Shown here: piece after piece, positions 11,501 to 20,000 of the stretch | Layout of the letters: the number at the start of each line of letters is the position of its first letter | How positions within the stretch are numbered: the stretch's first letter is position 1 | Source of the DNA: Euglena gracilis | Lineage: Eukaryota | NCBI GenBank assembly: GCA_039621445.1 | Contig: CP154954.1 | Location: forward strand, 16,684,882 to 16,704,881 | Reading direction: 5' to 3' | Length of the DNA stretch: 20,000 nucleotides | Program-made: the position numbers and the translations under genes | The notes under the pieces: generated by a model | Databases searched by the model: none | What the model was told of the DNA's origin: nothing | The model's input: the letters and a program-made list of their open reading frames with translations, nothing else

Positions 11501-12665
11501 CGATGTCTGTTTTGAAGTGCAACCCGGTGCACCTGACGTTGCCCATCTTGTTCCTGTGGAGGTCGTCTGGTGGTTCCTGCGGCGGCTGGAGGTGGCCACC
11601 ACTGACTGGGTGATGGTGCTGAGTTCCCGACCGGTGCTGTCCGCCCAGCTGGCCGTGCGGGCGGGCAGCGCCATCAACCTGCTGTGGGGCGTGCCGGCCC
11701 TCCCCTCCGACGACGCAGAGGCCCAGCAGCACTGCCTGGAGGACATCGGCCGCGAAATGAGGGTGGCCGACGGGCTACCGCCGTTGATCTGGGTGCAGGG
11801 TGGCCCAGGCTTCTGTCTCTTACTTTCACCGAACTTTAATTTCACATGGTTTGTCATTTAACGAATGCAAAAGGAAATCACCTGGTTCATTCTATGTCTT
11901 TTTTTCTGGATTTAACAATTGAAGCGTAAAACCGCTTCAAATTACTTTGCTTAAATTTTTTTTGCTGTTTTGTATCTGTATTCCAATTCCCTTCTGATTC
12001 CGGATAAAATAATTTCATTGGGTTGCCTTGTGGTCAAGGACGTCCACCTGAGGATCGTACGCCACCTGGCCCTGAACGTGTCCGGGTACATCCCGGAGGG
12101 GACGGAGCCGGCCCCCGCACCACCGACGGAGGAGGAGCCCCCGTCCAAGCAGAGCGGCCGGGACCCGAAGGAGTCCAAGTCCAAGGAGACCAAGGAGTCC
12201 CAGGACAAGCCCAAGGAGAAGGAGACCAAGGACAAGCAGGACAAGAAGACCAAGGACACGCCCAAGAAGGGCGCCCGGGGGAAGCAGTCCGCCTCCTCGC
12301 AGCAGCCGGCCCGGCACTCCTACGAGTCGTCCCCGGAACCGCCTGAGCGCCCGACACACAGGGAACGGCCTAATGGTGGATTGTCTGTGATGATCGTATG
12401 TCCTGTTTCGATTTTGGCAGTAATTTCACAATTCTGTTTGATGAAGAGTTTTTCCGCTTCCTTATGATTAAAGTCAGAGTAATTTTCCTAAGATTGGAAG
12501 TGCGTTCACGTTCTACTATAAATTGGTTCCGCTGCGATGCAACACAATGGTATCTAATCAAAACCGTTATCTGCGTTCCACGCCTCCCGTTTGCGCCGCT
12601 CCCTGTTGCCGAGGAAGCGGTCCGCCCTGGAGAACATCCAGGAGATGCTGGTGGACGACGAGTGA
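8546..12665 (+). CDS. Multi-exon protein with N-terminal ParB/Sulfiredoxin-like domain, helical region, possible degenerate methyltransferase-like segment and K/E-rich low-complexity tail
   Basis: Exons approx. 8546-8639, 8816-8953, 9147-~9500, ~9685-9903, 10085-~10166, ~10348-~10445, ~10573-11202, 11348-11391, 11525-11792, 12036-12355, 12611-12665 (TGA 12663-12665). Spliced N-terminus reads GQVRWPRQEHVNDLITELKNNPPQELVLTVWPER-ATGKWVILSGQHRFLAA, matching the ParB N-terminal pattern R..(V..L...L)...hhhxGxHR..A. Strong GC3 bias in exons against AT-rich introns. Confidence 0.75.
8640..8815 (+). other. Conventional GT-AG intron
   Basis: GT at 8640, CTAAC branch-like site at ~8804, AG at 8814-8815; phase 1 on both sides; contains palindrome 8739. 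Confidence 0.7.
8954..9146 (+). other. Conventional GT-AG intron interrupting the ParB-like domain
   Basis: GT at 8954, pyrimidine tract and CAG ending 9146; phase-compatible (WPER-A-TGKW). Confidence 0.75.
9904..10084 (+). other. Nonconventional euglenid-type intron
   Basis: R|Y...Y|R junctions; CCA (+4..+6) pairs with TGG (-8..-6); CTCCACATTTTGCATT pairs with AATACAAAATGGAG; frame preserved; contains palindrome 9987. Confidence 0.7.
11203..11347 (+). other. Conventional GT-AG intron
   Basis: AAG|GT at 11203, TAG ending 11347, phase 0; contains palindrome 11229. Confidence 0.7.
11793..12035 (+). other. Intermediate-type intron (GT start, non-AG end, paired termini)
   Basis: CAGGGTGGCCCA (11796-11807) pairs with TGGGTTGCCTTG (12019-12030) using G-U pairs; length 243 keeps frame (LPPLIW-KDVHLRIV); contains palindrome 11921. 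Confidence 0.65.
12356..12610 (+). other. Nonconventional euglenid-type intron
   Basis: CAG at 12359 and CTG at 12603; ACAGGGAACGGC pairs with GCCGCTCCCTGT; excision gives ..PERPT-RKRSALENIQEMLVDDE*; contains palindrome 12443. Confidence 0.75.
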
Positions 12666-13928
12666 GCGGGCGGCTGCGGCGGCCGCGGTGGCAGCGGGCG
12701 GCTGGTGCCGCCAGCGAGGGAGGGACAAGCGAGACCCAGACCCAGACCGGACCAGACCCATACCCACACCCAGACCCAGTCCCCAATCATGCGCACACCT
12801 TCGCCACACCACACCCACCTATTTCGCTGTTTTCTTTCCTTTGTGTTTGCCTTTGGCATGGCTGCGGAACTGGGGGCTGTGGGGTTTGCTCCAGCTGTGA
12901 CCTTTGTTTTGAGAATCAAAGTTACAAACCCACAACTTGCTCGGTTTAGGTTCTTTTCTTCGTGATACAATGCATCTTCTCAATATTGTTTGATGCGGGA
13001 TTCACGTTTGTTGGTTAGTTCAAGTTTGGCATATGTCATTACATTCAACATTCAGTTGGCTCAGTGATGTTGGCAATGTACTTAATTTGGGACCAGTACA
13101 ATACAGTTTGTTTTGGACTTATTTCCTTCTCTCCGATTTGAGGAAGCGGAAAACCGCTTCATCGTTTTCATGATTGTTTTTGCAGGTTTTCCCTCCTACC
13201 CGCTTACGATGGCCCAGTACCTCAAGTGCGGACTTTGACTACAGGTCTGTATCGTTCTGTGTCTTACATTTGTATACCATTTGTTGTGGCTGTAATGTCT
13301 TCTGGGAAATGTACTAGTTAAACTTAATGCCAATGACTACTACTGAGTGCGTGCGGTTCATCACACCCCTCCGGAAATGCTGAACGAATGTATGTTGACA
13401 TTATTATTCACTGTTTGAAATGCATACCCTTCCATCTGATTTGTCCTATAATTTTACCGTTTCTCATTAAAGCGGTTTTCCGCTTCCTTTTCGTTTTTGG
13501 AAAATTTTCTTGACTTTGCATTGCTAATCCGTTAGGTATGATTCTTCCGGTGTCGATTTCGGTGACATGTGAATGATTTTGAAGCGGAATGTCATTTTTA
13601 CCGCTTCCTATATTTTGTATTTATTATTTTCCCCCTTTTGCAGGGGGTTTCGCCTTCTTCTGTCTCCGGCGGCAGCCGACATGAGGTGTGTATTTGCACT
13701 TTATTGCTGTCTTTGAAATTTCTGTAGGGTTTTCGTTCATTTAGACTAAATTTCAAAAATTTAGTGCCATTTCAGGTGGTTTTGGGGTTTTCTAAAACTT
13801 CGTTACTGCAAGCCAAACGTCCAATCAGAAATGGCCGAAATCGGTACCTCTTCTAAAACCTTCAAAAAAAACAGGCCGTTTTTGGAAGCGTTTTTCCGCT
13901 TCCTTTTCCGTTTCGAGGGGGTTTAAAT

Positions 13929-14032
13929 TTTTGGGCAGTTTATGCCTCCTAAGTAAGAAGCAAGTGGCAAAAAGGGCGTGGTGGGCATGCCAATTTATGA
14001 GGTTTTGGCCAAAACCATAAAACTGCCCAAAA
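13929..14032. repeat. Nested inverted repeats at the right end of the element
   Basis: TTTTGGGCAGTTT (13929-13941) vs AAACTGCCCAAAA (14020-14032); perfect palindrome GGTTTTGGCCAAAACC (14001-14016). Confidence 0.8.
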
Positions 14033-14109
14033 TCCCTTGTTTTACCCTCCTGGTGCAAAAATAGAGGGAATTTTTGGACCCGTTTTTGGCCACACACGAA
14101 ACCTTGACG

Positions 14110-14177
14110 TATAACCCCCCCAACCCCCCTTGGGACCGACCACCAAACAGGAACCTATAACCCGGGGGGGGGTTATA
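14110..14177. mobile_element. Miniature inverted-repeat element (TATAACCCCCCC...GGGGGGGTTATA)
   Basis: Terminal inverted repeats; internal TGGG(A/C)CCGACCACCAAA shared with the sequences starting at ~2563 and ~2902. Confidence 0.55.
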
Positions 14178-14250
14178 AGTAGGGGGGGTTGCACTTCTGC
14201 TGCAGGAAACTGAGGAAATTATCACAAATTTGGCCATTTGGCAACATAAA

Positions 14251-14668
14251 CCCCCCCAATTAGAAGCCCCCCCCCAAATAACAACCCCCCCCCAAATAGA
14301 AGCCCCCCCCCTCAGGTTTCCCGCCAAAAATCCAAATAACAGCCCCCCCCCCTCCCCCGGCAAAGCTGGGGGAAATTTGACGAAAATTTTTCCGAAAAAT
14401 GGTGAAAACCTCGAAAATTCTCCATGAAAAAAGGTCAACATTGGGAACGAAATTGATATCTGGTATCCTTGAAACATGGCCTATCCACACAAAAACTAGA
14501 AAAAATGAGTCTTGCAAATTTTTAAACTTGGACCCCGTTCGATCCCCGGATCGACCGCCGGCTGAAGTTTTTCCTTTAGACAAAGGGTACCCAATTAGAA
14601 GCCCCCCCCCCTCGGGTTTTCCGCAGAGTGACCGAATAGTAGCCCCGGGGGGCTTCTAATTGGGGGGG
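14251..14668. mobile_element. MITE-like element with ~22-bp TIRs CCCCCCCAATTAGAAGCCCCCC
   Basis: 14251-14272 is the reverse complement of 14647-14668; internal AAT(T)AGAAGCCCCCC copies near 14295 and 14594; non-coding interior. Confidence 0.7.
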
Positions 14669-15044
14669 GGGGTAGGTGTAAGCTTTGAGCCGTTATTCAC
14701 AGTTTTTCCAACAAAAAGGTCCAAAAAACATGCTTCTTGTAAATTTGGAAACATGCTGATTCTGGAAATGTGGAATTTCTTGATCCAAAACTGCCAAAGA
14801 GAATTGCGAAAACTTTGGTCTCGGGTAAAACCTGGTCCAGGATGTGAAATTCTTCTTGGGAGGAATTATTTCCCAGCAGAAATCGGGGGGGAAATCTAAA
14901 AAAGGCCGAGAAATTGCCAATTTTTTGACAATATTTGTAAAATTAAGCAAATTTGGCAAATTTGCAACAAAATAACAAACAAGAGCACCTGGGTTCCCTT
15001 GTGAAAGGTTGTCGGAACTCATTTCACCTTCCATTTCAGGTTTA

Positions 15045-15180
15045 TGCGGAAAATTGCGGAAGGGGAAAGAAATTGTTGAAAAATTTCGGAAAATTGCAGA
15101 TAAATGCGGGAAATTACGGAATTTGTGGAAAAATTGTGGATACCCATTTCCTCCTGCAAAAATGCAAAAAAATTGGTGCA
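15045..15180 (+). repeat. Degenerate GGAAA(A)TTGC(G/A) array, related to 2457-2510
   Basis: Repeated GAAAATTGC(A/G)G-like units at both locations, on either side of the central element. Confidence 0.6.
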
Positions 15181-18100
15181 AAGAGCCGGAAGGAAAAATT
15201 TGACTTTGGGGGGGGCGGGTACCCCCCCCCGCATTCAGTCCGGACCCCCTTGGCAGGTGGGGAGGTCCGTCCAGGAGGGGGGGACACCCCCACCTAAACC
15301 ACGCCTAAACTACCCACACCTAAACACCCCCACCTAAACTACGCCCTCCTTCTATCGAACCCTGCCTTGGGGGGTCCGGCGAAACCACCCCCTACCCCCC
15401 CCCCCAGGTTGGGTATAGAAAGAATTGTGGGTGGGTCCACTTCTGCTACCGCTGCTGCCATTCCACAGACTGCTCCCAGTCAGGTCTGGCTTCAGGGTAG
15501 GAGAGCCCAATGGCGTGCTGGGTTTCCCACCCGCCGTTCTCTGCTCTGCGGGAGAGGATATCGTATAACAAGGCCCATGGCAGGATTGCCGGTGAAATGA
15601 GCCGCGCATCGGAGGTGGGACATTGCACAGCAGCACCCCACTGAGGTGTAATGGGAGTATCGTGCGGCTTTACAGCTCCACAGGGGGGAAAGAGGGAACC
15701 CTGGGGGGGGGTCAAAAGAGGGTGTGACCTTCCTGAAAAGCCTGGATTCCTTGTTGATACCAGGCAATTGTTACGTGCATTAACACTAATCTCTTAACTG
15801 TTCGTTGACACATCTCTCTCTCTCTGCCTGTTTGTTAGTTTGTTTACAGGTTTTTCTGTCTGGTTGGCTGTCTGTCAGTATGTGTGAAGGTCAGGGGCCC
15901 ATTCACTTAGACTCATTCACTAGGCTCGAAAAAAAATGCAAAAAAAAAACGACAAACAAGCGCTAAATTGAAAACAAATAAAAAACTGCAGTATGCCCAG
16001 AAAGGAAATTGCATCCCCAGAAATGTAAAAAAAAAATGCACAAGGGAGATAAATTGATCGAAAGATAACTGCAAAGCGAAGCAAAGAAAAAAGAATGTCA
16101 ATTGTGAAAGGAAAAAGGTGAAAATCACAAAAAAGTGAAAATTCCCTCAAAAACTGCTCAAAACTGCACAATCTGTATTTTTTGCAAAAAAAAAATGCAA
16201 AAAAAAGGTTAAAATGTACAGCACATCCCTCTCCGCTGTCTGTCTGTGTGCCTGTCTGTGCATCTATTCTCAGGGCGTCGCTCAACAACCCCTGTCAGGG
16301 GCAACGCCCCCAAAGCCCTCACCACATCCGGGACGGTGTTGCACGCAGTGAGACGCCGCCTCTTCGCCATAGGCACAGCGTGCGTGTGGCAACAACGGCC
16401 AATTCTAACCCAAAAACAAGACCCCCTGCCGGTTTTGAGCAAAAATCCAAAACTAGACCCCAAAAAACAATCCCTCGGGATGTTTGGGGGAAATACAAAA
16501 ATGGACTCCCCAAAAAAACTGTGAAAATGCCCCCAAAACGGAGTATTTTGGACGTGTTTGATTTTGCCCACCAGTTTTTTGAGGTAATTTTTCGCTCACC
16601 AGCAAGAGCCACTCTTTTTTGGACTTCTGTTTGGACCCCCCCCCCGCGCAGGAAGGTTTTCTGCTGCCGAAATTTCAGCAAAAATAAAGCAAACAGACCC
16701 CCCGAAAAAAGAGCACCCCATTGGGATTTTCAGCAACGGACCAAAATGCGCGCCAACATCTTGGGGAAACTGGTATGCAGAACGGTTTGTGCATGGGCGC
16801 AGACGAACAGCATGTTCAAAGGACACTGATGATTACCACAACCCTAGAAGGTTTTCGGACGTGATAGGTGTGTTGGTGCGCGCATTTGCGCAAACCAAAT
16901 TTCTTTGTTGGTGCAAATGCGCGCACGAACATTTAATCATTCACTTCAAAATAGTGCGTTGTGCGAGTCTTAGCACACACAAACAAAATTTGTTTGTAGG
17001 CGCAAATACGTGCACGAACACATATCAGTCGTGCGATACCATCTCCTGGTCTGTGGCGGTCTGTGACGTGCGAACGCAGTTCCGCACGCCAGCCATTGAT
17101 TTGCACCACGACTGTGTGGTGATGAAATTTGTGGTGTGAAGCAGTGCATAATGTTCACTTGAACACGTCATCTGACGTGCGAACATTTGCCTGCCTTAAT
17201 GTGCGAACATTTGCACTGCTGTTCCCCGGCCCACACGGCCGGACTGTTCGACGCTTTTTCTGCAACAGTACTGCGTTACAAGAAGCAGAATTCAAAAATT
17301 TGGTACCTGAAATACCCGGATGCGTCGGGCCGAAACCCATTTTCTGGCTTCTCCACCGTTTCTCTTGAAACGCACCAGTTTTGCGCATGGTTTGTGGGTG
17401 GTAAGTCCCACCGCTTTCATGCAACCAATCGAGTGGTAAAGGTTCAACACTTCCTGTGCCCAAAGAAACGGGTGTTTGGGGCTACCTTTCTCCAGCAGTT
17501 GGTTGCCATGAACTAGCACCACGCCGTCCCCCCAGTCTCACGCCCTAGTTGTGGGGAATAGCGTGGCCGCTTTGGTGGGTGCTTTTGCGCTGGGGAGGTC
17601 GATGCCAGCCTGTTTTTAGTGTTCTGAAAAATAAAGTTTTTTTCGGGCCTGGGTCAGTCAAGAAAAAAATCCAAAAATAAGACCCCCCATAAATAGGAGG
17701 TTCCCAGCAACGGACCCAAAGACGGGCATCTTATTTTGGGGATGGGGGGGAGGGGTTAGGTCGTTGTAGGTCACTGTCAGCTCATTGTGTACCCACTGAA
17801 TCCTTGGGTACGGATTGTGCACCGTATGGTGGGCTGCCGCCTTCCTGGGCGACATGGGGGGAGGTAGGCTGGGACCCATCAGAGGGGGATCAGAGGCAGG
17901 CAGACCCTCACAGCGGCATCAGTTGCCCGTCTGTCAGAGCATCTGCCTGACCGCCATGTACCTCAGGCCATGGGGGTGCGGTGTGGGAGAGCGACACCTC
18001 AGCGATGATAATGCCGGGCTCTGCCAGTGAGACAGTCCCACCCATGCAGTCGCTTAGCTTGAATGAGTGGCAGGCAAGCACCCATGGTCATCCAGAATCC

Positions 18101-19858
18101 CAGACCCAGTCATACCCATCACTCACATCCACGCCATGCCAGTCATGTCAGTCACGCCCAGTCATTTCATAGGTATTTGGTGGCAGGCACGCCTTGGGGA
18201 GGTACGATGGACAAGTTCGGGCCAAAAACACAAGCCCCCCCCCCAAAAAAAGACAAAAGAAGGCCAAGAAACGTCTTGTCAAAATGGTTGAGAGCTTTCC
18301 CCAAATCAACAGAACAAAAAAAGCAGTCAGGGTATGCATCAGCAACCTTGCATGTCCCCACATCCCATGGCATGGCGCAGGGATGGGCGGACGAGTGGCG
18401 CCGACGGGCCCGCCGACGGGCCCGCCGCCCAGTCACCCTGGGGGCCCCCGGTGGGTCGAAATCCACAGTGTGGTGGGCCACAGTCCAGCAGCCCGGGGGC
18501 CGGCGGGGGCTCTGGCGCAGGGAGGGAGCTGGCAGCCCTGTCCTCCGAAGGCGCATGCCTGCAGCGCAACACGCTTACTAACCCCGGGAGGCACAGCCCA
18601 ACAACAACGTTCCAGGGATATGTCGTTGACACACGGGGCACTGGAAGCATTTTGTTTGAACGGCGGGGAGAAGGGCTTTCCATACGCGATGCCTTCCCGG
18701 GGAGAACTAGTGATGAATTCTCAACCCCCCCTTGTCCAACAACCATCATTATTCTCCAACTTTCTTTGGCTCAGTTCAGCCACTTTGGCCACTTTTTTGG
18801 CCATTCTTTGGCCACTATTGCCATTCTTTAGTCACCGTTGTCCATTTTTGCCCAGCCTTTGGGAGACTTTGGCCGTTTTCACGATATTCATGCACACTGT
18901 GTACAAGCATCCATAAGAAAAATCAGCTTTTGGGAAAATTATTCCATTTTGGTCAATTTTGCCCATTTTGGGTAATTTTTAAACCGTTTTCGGCAGGGCA
19001 TCGGCCTTTTTCTTCGACATTTTTGGCATTCTCAGCCATTTCTTGGTGGCTTTTGCCACGTTTGGGGGGGGGGGCTGAAAAAAAATTCCGAAACTTATGG
19101 AATCAACAACGCGTCCAAAAAAAACACATATTTGACCTGGGGGGGTGTTCGTTGTACAAGCCCAGTTGCTGGGGGGGGGGTAAATGGTTTTTGTCATCCA
19201 TCAGGCAAAATTCCGAACTATTCTTACAAAACTGATTATTTGTCAGGTGTTCAATTGTCCACATCTATCAATATCGAGCAAACCTAACTTTGGGGCGCAT
19301 GGGAAGCCGGTCTCGTCCAAAAAAAAACACTTCTGCTTCTTCCTCTTTCAGATCCTCAACACTGAATCCAGCCAGACCTCCTCCTTTTTTGCCAGCCAGC
19401 CAGCCGCGGCTAGCCGCGGCTAGCCAGATACCCCAGCTCCATACTTCGGTGGGTGGGGCCTTTTCCAAACCCCCTTTATCTTCAGTGCAATGGCTCCATT
19501 TTCATTTGCACTTTCATCTCTCAGGTTTTTCTCCCTCCACCTTAGTCTTCATGCCAAGTGGGATGTCAAGCCCGTGGTCTGTAAAGGTGTGCTATTCCCC
19601 ATGAATGCAGATTGTGTAGTGCAATTTGGAGTGGTTCTTGGGTTTTCATAAAGGCATTTTCAAATTTCATAAATTTCATAAATTTTAAATAAAAAAATAA
19701 TTTCAAAATAAATTCTCATAAATAAAAAAATTCAAAAATTACTGTAAGTTACTGTAAGTTACAGCTGTGTAATTTATAAATCTTAAATTACGCAAAATTC
19801 ACATAGTCCCAACATGTGCCCAGGCACTGCCCCGACTCACACAGGGGGCGTTTGGCCG

Positions 19859-19917
19859 GACCAACCTAGCCGGCTGGCAGACCAACCTAGCCGGCTGGCA
19901 GACCAACCGAGCCAGCC
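19859..19917 (+). repeat. 21-bp tandem repeat GACCAACCTAGCCGGCTGGCA, two exact copies plus one partial
   Basis: 19859-19879, 19880-19900, degenerate 19901-19917. Confidence 0.85.
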
Positions 19918-20000
19918 AACATGCCGGCTGTCCAACCGTCCGTCCAGATGAAAGCCACTGTCGCTCCACGAGAGCCGCTGTCACGCTCGCGCCCAGCTAT

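Larger units (their letters stand above)
2823..13902. repeat. Dispersed 18-bp palindrome family GAAGCGG-(AAAA/TTTT)-CCGCTTC, ~24 copies
   Basis: Starts read from the sequence: 2823, 3160, 3386, 3780, 4100, 4431, 5016, 5299, 5389, 6155, 6945, 7901, 7931, 8739, 9629, 9987, 10299, 11229, 11921, 12443, 13143, 13469, 13581 (longer spacer), 13885; degenerate copy near 7872. None seen in 1-2800 or 13910-20000. Confidence 0.95.
2661..14070 (+). mobile_element. Putative large DNA transposon carrying a DDE transposase-like gene, a ParB-like gene and ~24 dispersed palindromes
   Basis: Inverted repeat ACTTAGGCGGCGTAAATTGCCCA (2681-2703, again 3018-3040) vs TGGGCAGTTTATGCCTCCTAAGT (13932-13954), 20/23 match; TAGAGGGAA direct repeat at 2661/2998 and 14062; palindrome confined to 2823-13902; two spliced genes inside. 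Exact ends uncertain. Confidence 0.6.

Noticed and set aside
5415-12359. Long minus-strand ORFs (5415-6023, 6705-7817, 10209-11189, 11477-11857, 11951-12359)
   Set aside because: Antisense shadows of GC3-rich plus-strand exons; they run through introns and have no recognisable motifs.
2823-13902. Palindromes as a CRISPR array or bacterial REP/terminator set
   Set aside because: Spacing is hundreds of bp and irregular, copies sit in introns in both orientations, there are no cas-like genes and no consistent U-tract.
2660-14070. Helitron/Helentron or tyrosine-recombinase identity for the element
   Set aside because: Asymmetric IR plus hairpin is suggestive, but I saw no HUH Rep, PIF1 helicase or R-HxxR-Y recombinase motifs.
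16790-17220. GTGCGCA/GTGCGAAC-rich motifs, also at 30-360 and 1360-1450, as ends of a larger enclosing element
   Set aside because: Only short shared words; no alignable long terminal repeat found by eye.
14200-20000. ORFs in the right flank (16182-16829, 18063-18916, 18732-19235 etc.)
   Set aside because: Translations are dominated by homopolymer-derived K/F/P/G runs; no sustained codon bias or motifs.
1-20000. rRNA, tRNA or other structured ncRNA genes
   Set aside because: No recognisable conserved sequence or cloverleaf.

Overview
Eukaryotic genomic DNA, very probably from a euglenid: several introns follow the euglenid nonconventional rule (paired ends, +4..+6 complementary to -8..-6) alongside ordinary GT-AG introns. 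The centre (~2660-14070) looks like one ~11.4-kb mobile element, delimited by an imperfect subterminal inverted repeat (2681-2703 and 3018-3040 vs 13932-13954). It holds two spliced plus-strand genes: (1) a putative DDE transposase with Transib/RAG1-like motif order (~5453-8185, one apparent frameshift) and (2) an 11-exon gene (8546-12665) with an N-terminal ParB/Srx-like domain (ILSGQHRFLAA), a possible degenerate methyltransferase-like segment and a K/E-rich tail. An 18-bp palindrome, GAAGCGG-N4-CCGCTTC, occurs about 24 times inside the element, typically once per intron, and was not seen outside it. A ParB-like gene plus dispersed parS-like palindromes in a eukaryotic transposon is the main candidate novel system. 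The flanks are low-complexity, MITE-rich DNA with no convincing genes. All protein assignments are by-eye motif calls, not database results.
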